From contig JAQGDQ010000067.1 in assembly GCA_030141605.1 (NCBI GenBank), positions 310,001 to 374,000 on the forward strand: 64,000 bases of DNA. The letters run 5' to 3'. The number at the start of each line of letters is the position of its first letter. Position 1 is the first letter of the stretch. Origin of the DNA: Tubiluchus corallicola. Taxonomy: Eukaryota > Animalia > Priapulida. The position numbers and the translations under genes are program-made. Below are positions 55,901-64,000 of this stretch, one piece after another. The notes beneath the pieces were generated by a model. The model was not told the origin of the DNA and ran no database searches. It saw only the letters and a list, made by a program, of their open reading frames with translations.

Positions 55901-58801
55901 GCATCTTATTGAAAAGACTTACTCCCATGTATAAGAGACCCCCTATTTTTAAAGTGAAAATTCTGAGCAAAAAAGGGTCTCTTATACATGCGAAAATACG
56001 GTATTTCATTTTCATTTCAGACCTTTTTTGATAGTATTTTTCTAACTTTCTACAATATATTTTATACATCACTGCCAATATTGATATATGGTTGGTTTGA
56101 GAAGCATACCTCAGAAGGCACTTTAATGGAACATCCAACATTGTATAAGTAAGTGTTAGACAGTTTTGGCTTTTTGTAGTATATTAATGATTGCCCTTTA
56201 GTTTAGACTAAGTATAAAGTTTAAACTAGCTGTGGAGTTTAGTTTTCACTGTTGCTTTCAAGTACATGGCAAAGTAACTGAAATTAACTTTAATGAAAAG
56301 TACAAATTTTACTGTAAAAAAAATAACAAAACAATAGAATTGAAGTTTTGTAAAAAATTAGCGCAAGCATTATTTCTACCATTTGCCAGTTTTATTATGA
56401 AATGTTTCTAATATAGTCAAGTCAGTCAGCTGTACAATATCCACTGATTAAGAGTTAATCAAACTTATACTTTATAAGTGTTTTAGTATCCCTACTTTAA
56501 TTCCTCTACTACTTTTACTACTTTGTTTAATTTCCTCTGCACTTTTCCCAAAATCTCTTTTTATTTGTGGCGATAAATGATTTTCAATGTAGCTTAGCTT
56601 GTTATAATAATAAAACTTTTTTTAAATAGCAGTTTTGGATTTGCATGTTGTACAAAATGCAAGCAAATGCTTGCGAACTGGCTAAAGTTATTAATGCGCA
56701 TGATTAATTTAGTCGGGCACTAGCGTACAGTAAAAGCACGATAAATGTTTTTTCTAGTTAAATGTTTAGGAGCACGTAAATAGCTTTTTCTGTTATTTTG
56801 GTATGCGGTAAAGAGATAGTAGTACAGTCATGACGTGCGAAATTAAACAACAGTGAGCAATGAGTATGGCTTGTAAATAGGCACGTAATCAGCAAAATAA
56901 TGGGCATTAAGATTCATCTGCCCTTGGCTATTTATGTTAGCAAGAGAAGATGTGTAGACATCTGGGCATCTGTAGGACACATCTTTTTAGAAAATCATTT
57001 TACCATGTAACTAGGTTCCAATCCTGCTGCAGTCATGTACATAATAAGAAGATCCTGTCATTAAGTTCTATATGTTGACCATCAATTTATTATTTAGCAT
57101 TTATTTTTATTTTAGAAAAATTGCAAGGAACAGTAGACTATCTACAGCACAGTTTATTAAATGGAACATTTTAGGCAAGTTAAGAATTTACACTTCTTAG
57201 TGACTTTTCACACATTGTCTTCATAGCACGGTCTACTTTATGGTAATTAACATGTTATTATGGTACTTAAAGAACTTTTCTCTCACAACATTCTCTTTCT
57301 GTAGGATTTCAAAATTCAAAGCGTATTCATTAATACATTCATTGTGTATTAATTTGTTTTATATATATGTATGTATGTATGTGCATGTGGGTTTATATGT
57401 ATATTGAGCTTTAATATGTAGTGTAATTTTTATATGTATTAATGCATTCTTATCCTGCAAATGGAGGGTTTTGTATTGTTTTATTTTGAAAATAAACGAG
57501 ATTTAATAAATAATCAAATCTCTCTCTCCATCATTCACTCTGTTTCTTCCTTTCTGAACATATTTTGGTATTCTGTATATGCAAATTATCAGTAATTGGC
57601 TATTTTTAAATTTTTAGGTTATTGGCATTCTCTTGTTTTCTTTTTTGGCACCTATTTTTTGTTCCAACCAAATAGTGTAATAAGCCGTGATATGCAGGTG
57701 AGTTTAATCATTTAGGCATACCTCTGTGAGGTGCTTTAGTGCAAATTCACTGTTTTGCTTTTGTAAACTTATTTGTTTAGATTCCTAGGAAGTTTAAACT
57801 TTAAAAAATGGTAAAATAAAATGTTATAACTGATCTTTTGTCATTGTGAAAAGTCTGATACGTTTAAAAATTTATATTAGGCAGTCTGCTTATGTATTTA
57901 GTCACTATATGAAGGCTTTCATAAACTCATAAGCAGGAAAATTTACTGGGGAAAATGTACATGTGTAAGCTTTGTGAACCCTTCTAGTTGAGTACACTGT
58001 ACATATTTTGTTTTTTGACAGTCTCTAGATGCATTTGCAATGGGTTCATTATGTTACACAACAGTTGTGGTAGCAATCAATTTAAAATTGTGTTTGGAGA
58101 CACATTATTGGACGTGGATCACACATTTCTCACTTTGGCTGACATTTGTTGGTTACTTTGGATTTACATTATTTTACTGCAGTTTTCCAATGTAAGTAGA
58201 AATATTAACTTGTAACAAACAAAACAATGTGAATATGATAAATATTAACTTTAATTCACTTTAATTTACAATTCAAACATGTTGAATACAAATCTTTGTT
58301 AAACTTTATGAGATTTGTATTTTTTAAGTGTTAAATGAGAAAAAACTAATGAAAACAGAAATCTATTATGGTAAGATAATTGCTGTTTTGTCAAACTGTA
58401 TCTTACACCATTGTGATAATTAATTAGTAAAAGAATATAGTCATTTCCTTCGTATATTTGCTCGAGAATCAGGTATCAGCTAAAATTGTCCATGCTGATT
58501 TCTCAACAGCATTAGTTGTTGAATAAATCAACAACAGTTTAATCATGAATAAACACATAGTGCAGCCATTAATCTGAGCTATTTGCTTTCTTATTGTCTT
58601 TTTAACTTTATTCGCATTTTTTTGTTTTCTAGGCCTACTGTACAAGGGAATACAAACATGTATTGGGTGTTTATGCAAGCCATGGGCAATGTTATATCTT
58701 GGCTTATGATTCTTTTGCTAGTAGTTATTGCTTTGTCACCGGATTTGCTACTGAAGCTGTACAATAATACGTGGGGAACAGACAGTGAATATGTACAAGT
58801 G
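15804..58801 (+). CDS. ATP11: P4-ATPase phospholipid flippase, ATP11 subfamily; whole gene span, 28 coding exons, 1143 codons to end of exon 28 (3' terminal exon uncertain)
   Basis: Manual splice assembly with consistent phases throughout. Motifs: [144 protein letters not shown] and QYFFYKNV match ATP11 as I recall the family. Confidence 0.95.
16621..16743 (+). CDS. ATP11: ATP11 coding exon 2
   Basis: cttcag|[18 protein letters not shown]...[12 protein letters not shown]|gtgtgt. Confidence 0.88.
17286..17375 (+). CDS. ATP11: ATP11 coding exon 3 (TM1)
   Basis: ttcag|[30 protein letters not shown]|gtacga. Confidence 0.95.
17744..17827 (+). CDS. ATP11: ATP11 coding exon 4 (TM2)
   Basis: tttag|[28 protein letters not shown]|gtattg. 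Confidence 0.93.
18337..18444 (+). CDS. ATP11: ATP11 coding exon 5
   Basis: ttttag|[18 protein letters not shown]...VRSQDVK|gtgtag. Confidence 0.94.
19670..20685 (+). mobile_element. pogo/Tigger-like non-autonomous DNA transposon, TA target duplication
   Basis: TIRs CAGTAGGCACCGCTTAATAGACTCAC / GTGAGTCTATTAAGCAGCGTGTACTG, TA on both flanks; residual PIP-box-like MRQPTLTEF at ~20380. Confidence 0.88.
20828..20956 (+). CDS. ATP11: ATP11 coding exon 6 (A domain, DGET)
   Basis: tgtag|VGDIVYV...[11 protein letters not shown]...[12 protein letters not shown]|gtaact. Confidence 0.96.
21280..22170 (+). mobile_element. L2-type LINE 3' fragment with (ATT)n tail
   Basis: [31 protein letters not shown]; 3' end TGTAAAGTGCTTTGAG...AAGGCG...(ATT)n. 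Confidence 0.85.
22144..22217 (+). repeat. Compound (ATT)n(AGT)n microsatellite
   Basis: Direct reading. Confidence 0.95.
22291..22380 (+). mobile_element. tRNA-derived SINE-like remnant
   Basis: A-box-like TAGTTCAAGTGGTAGAG, B-box-like GGTTTGAATCC, no cloverleaf; related to ~25304-25385. Confidence 0.6.
22409..22575 (+). CDS. ATP11: ATP11 coding exon 7
   Basis: tttcag|IHCCLPDT...[17 protein letters not shown]...|gtataa. Confidence 0.93.
23369..23433 (+). CDS. ATP11: ATP11 coding exon 8
   Basis: ttgcag|[21 protein letters not shown]|gtaagt. Confidence 0.95.
24899..24980 (+). CDS. ATP11: ATP11 coding exon 9
   Basis: ttgcag|[28 protein letters not shown]|gtgagt. Confidence 0.95.
25153..25488. 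mobile_element. Foldback element with ~70-bp inverted arms around a tRNA-like core
   Basis: ATTAATCAGATTGTGACTGTGAATG versus CATTCACAATCACAATCTGATTAAT; inner arms also complementary. Confidence 0.75.
25695..25827 (+). CDS. ATP11: ATP11 coding exon 10 (TM3)
   Basis: tacag|[18 protein letters not shown]...[11 protein letters not shown]|gtaagt. Confidence 0.93.
26485..26566 (+). CDS. ATP11: ATP11 coding exon 11 (TM4, PISL)
   Basis: tttcag|[27 protein letters not shown]|gtaagc. Confidence 0.95.
27845..27972 (+). repeat. 64-bp tandem duplication
   Basis: Units 27845-27908 and 27909-27972. Confidence 0.9.
27845..31158 (-). mobile_element. Near full-length decayed LINE (CR1/L2 group) with 5'UTR, ORF1, EN and RT, in ATP11 intron 11
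   Basis: ORF1-like [27 protein letters not shown] and [33 protein letters not shown]. Confidence 0.85.
31306..31421 (+). CDS. ATP11: ATP11 coding exon 12
   Basis: ttgcag|[19 protein letters not shown]...[11 protein letters not shown]|gtattg. Confidence 0.95.
31450..31690 (-). mobile_element. CR1 3' end fragment with (TA)n tail and internal 38-bp duplication (31592-31667)
   Basis: [20 protein letters not shown] on the - strand. Confidence 0.65.
32261..32425 (+). CDS. ATP11: ATP11 coding exon 13 (phosphorylation site DKTGT)
   Basis: tttag|[22 protein letters not shown]...RYYT|gtacgt. Confidence 0.95.
32927..33790 (+). repeat. Unclassified dispersed repeat, copy 1 (copy 2 at 36347-37030)
   Basis: Collinear matches: ACAGCTTCAA..GCACCATTTT, ATAATGGTT, CCACATTTT, ACAAA.CCATTGTT, CGCATTAT. 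Confidence 0.7.
33860..34002 (+). CDS. ATP11: ATP11 coding exon 14
   Basis: ttctag|[15 protein letters not shown]...[15 protein letters not shown]|gtaagc. Confidence 0.93.
34448..34590 (+). CDS. ATP11: ATP11 coding exon 15
   Basis: tatag|FGITFLG...[24 protein letters not shown]|gtgggt. Confidence 0.94.
34753..34856 (+). CDS. ATP11: ATP11 coding exon 16
   Basis: tacag|[12 protein letters not shown]...HVNDFAV|gtaagt. Confidence 0.95.
35814..35927 (+). CDS. ATP11: ATP11 coding exon 17
   Basis: ttcag|[13 protein letters not shown]...NREEK|gtttgt. Confidence 0.94.
36347..37030 (+). repeat. Unclassified dispersed repeat, copy 2
   Basis: See 32927-33790. Confidence 0.7.
37348..37470 (+). CDS. 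ATP11: ATP11 coding exon 18
   Basis: tgtag|[41 protein letters not shown]|gtaaaa. Confidence 0.96.
39832..40191 (-). CDS. GST: GST exon 4
   Basis: tttcag|VDQVFIQG...[15 protein letters not shown]...QEQSK*; the stop overlaps an AATAAA. Confidence 0.94.
   Translation of the reverse strand, partial: VDQVFIQGKRQENAKLEKAISDALKILESMIGEKKYVTGNNITIADISLTSTIDELNLFDWDFSTVPKIEAYLNNVKTAMPFLKECCAKTLAEGKPQFQSGEFKKRFEQTVTRLQEQSK
39832..43678 (-). CDS. GST: Glutathione S-transferase, Theta/Delta-Epsilon-like; 4 exons: 43678-43532, 41622-41564, 41223-41082, 40191-39832; 235 aa
   Basis: [19 protein letters not shown] (catalytic Ser region), [31 protein letters not shown]-capping box GNNITIADI; all GT-AG, 708 nt with no frameshift or internal stop. 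Confidence 0.95.
41082..41223 (-). CDS. GST: GST exon 3
   Basis: ttgcag|[37 protein letters not shown]...|gtaagt. Confidence 0.94.
41564..41622 (-). CDS. GST: GST exon 2
   Basis: tttcag|[19 protein letters not shown]|gtaatt. Confidence 0.94.
43532..43678 (-). CDS. GST: GST exon 1
   Basis: ATG...FTHDFLK|gtacgt. Confidence 0.94.
45358..46108. mobile_element. Non-autonomous DNA element with long degenerate inverted repeats
   Basis: AGCAGAATAG/CTATTCTGCT, AATTTTGGATAT/ATATCCAAAATT, GTGTCTAAATATAGGTTTT/AAAACCTATATTTAGACAC. Confidence 0.7.
46606..47625 (-). mobile_element. L2-type LINE remnant
   Basis: [31 protein letters not shown]; [15 protein letters not shown]...APHYL; [10 protein letters not shown]; (TTA)n tail. 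Confidence 0.85.
48595..49110 (+). mobile_element. LINE APE-endonuclease N-terminal remnant
   Basis: [28 protein letters not shown]; internal stops. Confidence 0.75.
49885..49930. repeat. (TA)n microsatellite
   Basis: Direct reading. Confidence 0.95.
50321..50455 (+). repeat. Perfect (CATAA)27 pentanucleotide microsatellite, probably the 3' tail of a - strand LINE
   Basis: Direct reading; AATAAA just before the array on the - strand. Confidence 0.95.
52734..52882 (+). CDS. ATP11: ATP11 coding exon 19 (TGDK)
   Basis: tttag|[22 protein letters not shown]...|gtaagc; directly continues GIK of exon 18. Confidence 0.96.
53093..53246 (+). CDS. ATP11: ATP11 coding exon 20
   Basis: aacag|...[10 protein letters not shown]...[14 protein letters not shown]|gtatga. 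Confidence 0.95.
53493..53595 (+). CDS. ATP11: ATP11 coding exon 21 (GDGAND)
   Basis: tgtag|VVKLVK...[19 protein letters not shown]|gtataa. Confidence 0.96.
54343..54488 (+). CDS. ATP11: ATP11 coding exon 22
   Basis: caaag|[24 protein letters not shown]...[19 protein letters not shown]|gtatgc. Confidence 0.95.
54785..54844 (+). CDS. ATP11: ATP11 coding exon 23
   Basis: ttcag|[20 protein letters not shown]|gtaagt. Confidence 0.94.
55576..56001 (-). mobile_element. pogo (POGK-like) internally deleted DNA transposon, TA target duplication
   Basis: TIRs CCGTATTTTCCCATGTATACGAGACCC / GGGTCTCTTATACATGCGAAAATACGG; transposase C-terminus [33 protein letters not shown]. Confidence 0.92.
56021..56148 (+). 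CDS. ATP11: ATP11 coding exon 24 (TM6)
   Basis: ttcag|[29 protein letters not shown]...HPTLY|gtaagt. Confidence 0.94.
57116..57174 (+). CDS. ATP11: ATP11 coding exon 25 (followed by a GC donor)
   Basis: tttag|[19 protein letters not shown]|gcaagt; phases fit both neighbours. Confidence 0.85.
57618..57697 (+). CDS. ATP11: ATP11 coding exon 26
   Basis: tttag|[16 protein letters not shown]...RDMQ|gtgagt. Confidence 0.92.
58022..58191 (+). CDS. ATP11: ATP11 coding exon 27
   Basis: gacag|[36 protein letters not shown]...|gtaagt. Confidence 0.94.
58633..58801 (+). CDS. ATP11: ATP11 coding exon 28 (TM10)
   Basis: tctag|[15 protein letters not shown]...[17 protein letters not shown]...|gtaggt (or read-through to TAG at 58816). 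Confidence 0.88.
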
Positions 58802-59222
58802 GTAGGTTTTAACTAGGAGCAACTGTTTCTGGATATGAAAAGTGGTTAACTTCTTTGTGCTGCAATGAAGCGAGGTAGTGTGGCATTGAAATCATGGCAA
58901 GAATTAACTAAAATAATATGTTATAATTTATAGCAATAATCACAGTAAAAACGTAAGCACCTAAGCAGATGAAAAGTCATGAGTATTACATTTTCTAATT
59001 GAAATTCAAGTTTATCGGGCATACTTAAAACACATTCTACATATCAATGCATCAAATTAAGAAGAAATAAAGAAACAAGTAGTACAAGTCCAGCAAGCAA
59101 AGTAGAGGCTAATTACTGAATTTTATGTGGCAAATTTTATACTTTATTATAATTTTTCACTTAAAAATCTCTAAATATTACTGTGTTTTTTAAAATTATT
59201 ACTGACTGTGCATACATTATAG

Positions 59223-59387
59223 GAAAAATCAAATTGCAAAAATGTTTTTCCATTTGAAAATAAAATTGTAATAAATAAACCACTGCTGACTATATTAGAT
59301 TTGGTTGTGATTCTTGTTAACAATGCCATTACTTGCTTCAATTCTGCATTGGTTTTGTAGGAGGTTTATTTTCCAAAACATTTTTAG
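59223..59387 (+). CDS. ATP11: Candidate ATP11 terminal exons (59223-59267 EKSNCKNVFPFENKI; 59361-59387 EVYFPKHF*)
   Basis: AG acceptors at 59222 and 59360 in phase 0; no homology support. Confidence 0.35.
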
Positions 59388-59544
59388 AATGCAGGAAGTG
59401 AAAATTGACTGTGGCCTCACAGTTTGTTTACAATAGAAAATGAAAAGCAGTGTTTGTGACATGAAATTGTGTTAGCAGACATTTATATTAAGAGATGAAA
59501 GTACAGTAAACCATCGTTTATTGATTTCCCAAATAGCGACTTTT

Positions 59545-61095
59545 CGTAACTTATTTGCTACCTTTGCCTCATTTCATAGCAAGTATTTGTTACTTTTGTC
59601 TCACTTTGTGACAAGTATTTGCTGCCTTTGCCTGATTTCATGACAAGTATTTCCCACCTTTATCTCATTTCATGACATGTATTTGCTACTTTTGTCCCAC
59701 TTCATAACAAGTATTTCCTACCTTTGTCTCACTTCATGACATGTGTTTGCTACTTTTGTCTTGCTTTGTTACAAGTATTTGCTGCTTTGTCTCACTTCAT
59801 GACAAGTATTTTCTACCTTTTCTAATTTCATGACAAGTATTTGTTACCTTTGTCTCACTTCATGAAAAGTATTTGCTACCTTGTTTCATTTCATGACATG
59901 TGTTTTGCTACCTTTGTCTCATTTCACGACAAGTATTAAATGTGCTACCTTTTTCTCATTTCATGACAAGTATTTGCTACCTTTGTCTTATTTCATGACA
60001 AGTATTAAATGTGCTACCTTTTTCTAATTTCATGACAAGTATTTCTTACCATTGTCTCACTTCACGAAAAGAATTTGCTACCTTTGTTTCATTTCATGAC
60101 AAGTGTTTGCTACCTTTGTCTCATTTCACGACAAGTATTAAATGTGCTACCTTTTTCTCATTTCATGACACGTATTTGCTACCTTTGTCTTATTTCATGA
60201 CAAGTATTAAATGTGCTACCTTTTTCTAATTTCATGACAAGTATTTCTTACCATTGTCTCACTTCACGAAAAGAATTTGCTACCTTTGTTTCATTTCATG
60301 ACAAGTGTTTGCTACCTTTGTCTCATTTCACGACAAGTATTAAATGTGCTACCTTTTTCTCATTTCATGACACGTATTTGCTACCTTTGTCTCATTTCAC
60401 GCCAAGTATTAAATGTGCTACCTTTTTCTTACTTCATGACACGTATTTTCTTACCTTTATCTCATTCATGACATGTATTTGCTACCTTTATCTCACTTCA
60501 TGACAAGTATTTGCTACCTTTGCCTCATTTCACGACAAGTGTTAAATGTGCTGCCTTTTTCTAATTTCATGACAAGTATTTGCTGCTTTGCCTCAATTCA
60601 TGACACTACTACTACTATTTACTACTTTTTGCTACTTTTGTCTCATTTCGTGATAAGCATTTGTTACATTTGTCTCGCATCATGACAAGTATTTGCTACC
60701 CTTGTCTCATTCCACGAAAAGTATTAAATGTGCTGCCTTTTTCTTATTTCATGTCAAGTATTTGCTACCTTTGTTTCATTTCATGACTAGTATTTTCTAC
60801 CTTTGTCTTATTTCATGACAAGTATTAAATGTGCTACCTTTTTCCAATTTCATGACAAGTATTTCTTACCATTGTCTCACTTCACGACAAGAATTTGCTA
60901 CCTTTGTCTCATTTCACGACAAGTATTAAATGTGCTACCTTTTTCTTACTTCATGACACGTATTTGCTACCTTTGTCTCATTTCATGACAAGTCTTTGCT
61001 ACCTTTGTCTCATTTTGTGGCAAGCATTTGTGCTACCTTTGTCTCATTTAATGACAAGTATTTGCTATCTTTGTCTCATTTCATCACAAGCGTTT
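59545..61095 (+). repeat. Tandem satellite/minisatellite, 32-bp monomer CATGACAAGTATTTGCTACCTTTGTCTCATTT plus a 37-bp variant
   Basis: Roughly 45 contiguous monomers, no spacers. Confidence 0.95.
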
Positions 61096-61182
61096 TGTTT
61101 TAGCAATGATTTTTAGCCTATGCAAGATTAAGCTGTGAGATTGTATTTGTTGCATTGATCACTTAAACAAGTCACTTTTCAA

Positions 61183-61328
61183 NNNNNNNNNNNNNNNNNN
61201 NNNNNNNNNNNNNNNNNNNNNNNNNNNNNNNNNNNNNNNNNNNNNNNNNNNNNNNNNNNNNNNNNNNNNNNNNNNNNNNNNNNNNNNNNNNNNNNNNNNN
61301 NNNNNNNNNNNNNNNNNNNNNNNNNNNN
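61183..61328. other. Assembly gap (146 N)
   Basis: N run. Confidence 1.
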
Positions 61329-61599
61329 AGAGAGTAAGACAGAATTGGCCTTGGAAGAGAAAGAGAGACAGAGAGATTAAGAAAGAGAGCGAGACAGAGA
61401 GAGGGAAGATGCTCTTTTGTGTTTGACTGATCATGCAGCGTGACTACGTTCCTCCAGCAAATTTATAATTATTTTTCTGTTAAATTGGAGTTTTCAAGTC
61501 TAAATGACTCGCTTTTAACAACAAGAAGTCGTATCTTTTTACTAAATATTCAAGTAGTGATGGAATTTGATTTATTTTAGCTGAAACAACCTCTGATAG

Positions 61600-64000
61600 T
61601 GGCGCCGAATTTCTAGCAAATATGGCTGAGTCCACCGATGTATAACTCGCTTGCGAATCTATGCGTACGTGACTTTTGCCATGCAATTCTGCACTTCTAA
61701 GTCAGCAATGTTTTATGTCTCCTTGGTGCTCCTCTCAAACTCTGGTGATGTTGAGCTTAGCCCTTTCCTAGGTACGCAAGAGGTGACCAATGGTTTAAAC
61801 GAAGTTAACTCAACTTTATACCTATGTGGAGAAAGAAAACCATGTAAAGTCCCGTTCACATGGGATGATGCAAAAGTTTTGTGTGAAAGTTGTGAGCCAA
61901 GGTTGTGAAGGTTCCATGCTTAATGCCAAGGAGTTGGCAATGTTACCTATGAGCATTTGGGCAGTACAAGTGTTGTGTGGAGATGCTTGATGTGTAATGG
62001 ACCTAATTATAGCTCATGCATGATCTACATGGCATGGAGGAAGAAAACCGCTTCAAGTTCTTGTAAACACTAGCATGGAGAGTTTTGATACAATTGACTC
62101 TGCCGATGACTGTCATCTTTCACAGCCAAAGTTTTCATCTACACCTACAAAGCCAAAACTAAGTTCAGCCACTGGATTCTATCTTCTACGCATTTTAAAT
62201 ATCAACTGCCAATATTTGGTAAATAAGGAACAATTGTTTTACAACTTAGTGGACAAGGTGAAACCAGATGTAGTATTCTTAACCGAAACTTGGTTTACAA
62301 GCCAAAAACACAATGCAAAATATTTCAATATTAATCATTTTTCTGTGTACAGACAACATAGAGGTGGAAACCTTGGTGGAACTGGCATGATGATGGCTAT
62401 AAATAGAGATTTTGACAACTCCCATGAAGAAGATCTTGAGACAGAATTGGCTGAAAAGGCGTTGGTTAAAGTGTGTATAAAAACCTGCAAAAATCTGTAT
62501 GTTGTTGGATGCTATCATGCCAAGGCTGGTGATAATGACACAGTAGGGGCACTTGACTCTGTATTACAAAAAATAGCTGATAAAAGGAGCAATCCAATTC
62601 TTTCTCAAGTGAGGAATTCAACTTTCCAGGATTTGACTGGCCTAACAGGACATTAAACCAATCGCGTCCATATGTAAACCTGCATAACAAGTTTGACAGC
62701 TTAATTAGTGATCATGGTCTCACACAATCGTGAATGTTGCTACTCACCGCGGTAACATTCTTGATCTTATTATCACCAATCGACTGAACTAAATTTTAAA
62801 TGCTCATACACTTCCTGGTGTATCAGACCACGATATAGTTTACACGGAAGTTGATATTAAACCAACTAGAAGGAAACAAACTGCACGGCAGATTCCACTA
62901 TATCTTAAAACCAACTGGGATGGTTTTCCACAATTTATCAAACAGGTATCAGTTAACATGTGTAATATTGCATCCGTACATACAGCCGATGAACTGTGGC
63001 ACCTTCTCATGTTGCATGAAGGTATTAACATTTTCATCCCACACAAAACTACCAGCCAGCCATGGATCACCAATGCACTCAAAGGGAAAATCCCACTTAG
63101 GGATTGAGCATATTCGGTTAGTAAGAATACTGGCAGTGCACAAGCTGACCAGAGGTTTTTAGCTTTGGAGAGAGAAGTCTAACAGGATATTTGCCGTGCA
63201 TACTGGGCTTATATCAATCATATAGTTACTCTACAGCAGTCAGACAGTAGTGCTTTTTTTCAGGAATGAACTGTTTCTAGACGTTTATCAAACAAAGCTG
63301 TAGATTTCAGTCGAGTTGTACCCTTAAAGTTGGATGGCAAGCTGATTGCAGATCCATAGGGCAAACCCGAAGCCTTGAACAATCAGTTTCAGAGTGTCTT
63401 TACCAGAGAGACTGGCACCTCCAGTAATCATGTGATTACCTCTGTTCCATCTATGTCTCAAATTAGTGTATCAGTTCTAAGTGTATTAAAATTGCTAAAA
63501 AAGTTAAATCCTCCTAAAGCATCGGGTCCGGTCAACCTTAGTCCTCGAGTGTTGTAGGAACTGAGTAATGAGTCGGCTATTCCACTTACATCTTTCGCTA
63601 ATCATTATCATCCGGAGTAGTCCCTACAGATTGGAAGTATGCAAACTTCACCCCTATCTTTAAAAAAGGTGAAAAATATCTTTGTTCAAATGACTGTCCT
63701 ATTAGCTTATCTAGTGTCTTATCTAAAATTGCGGAACATAGTACCTGCAGCTCTCTCATGCATCACACTGACAGCCATAATATATTTTATCAATTACAAC
63801 ATAGTTTTTGCTCCCATCGATCATGTGAAACATAACTGATCGAACTGGTCAACGATATAGCAACAAACATGCAGCTAGGCTTCCAGGCAGACATTTGTGT
63901 GCTTGACTTCTCCAAGGCATTTGATAAGGTGAGCCATAGATATTTAATGGAGAAACGTTTCTTGTATAGTGTTGATTGCATGGTGAACACCTGGCTAGGG
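61600..64000 (+). mobile_element. Decayed CR1-group LINE: 2A-like motif, PHD finger, APE endonuclease, RT (runs off the window)
   Basis: SGDVELSP; C..C...CESC...H..C...WRCLMC; LNINCQ, FLTETWF, GVSDHDIV; KASGP, SGVVPTDWK, LDFSKAFDKVSH. Confidence 0.92.

Noticed and set aside
59545-61095. CRISPR-like array (32-37-bp repeats) and the repetitive ORFs over it
   Set aside because: Monomers are contiguous with no unique spacers, there are no cas genes and the context is eukaryotic; the ORFs are by-products of the repeat
61159-61434. ORF spanning Ns
   Set aside because: Assembly-gap artefact

Overview
AT-rich, intron- and repeat-rich animal (invertebrate-type) genomic DNA, not prokaryotic. The main feature is a + strand P4-ATPase phospholipid flippase gene (ATP11 subfamily), which I assembled by hand from 28 phase-consistent coding exons (15804-58801, 1143 codons; terminal exon uncertain). 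It carries the DGET, PISL, DKTGTLT, TGDK and GDGAND motifs and one GC-AG intron. A complete 4-exon Theta/Delta-like glutathione S-transferase gene (235 aa, 43678-39832) is nested antisense in its 15.3-kb intron 18. The rest is decayed transposable elements: CR1/L2-group LINEs (one with a degenerate 2A-like motif plus PHD finger ahead of the endonuclease), BEL/Pao and Gypsy remnants, pogo/Tigger non-autonomous elements, foldback elements and tRNA-/5S-like SINE remnants. There are also microsatellites and a 32/37-bp satellite with a 202-bp higher-order repeat beside an assembly gap. I found no wholly new multi-gene system. All calls come from manual reading and recalled family motifs; no database search was run.
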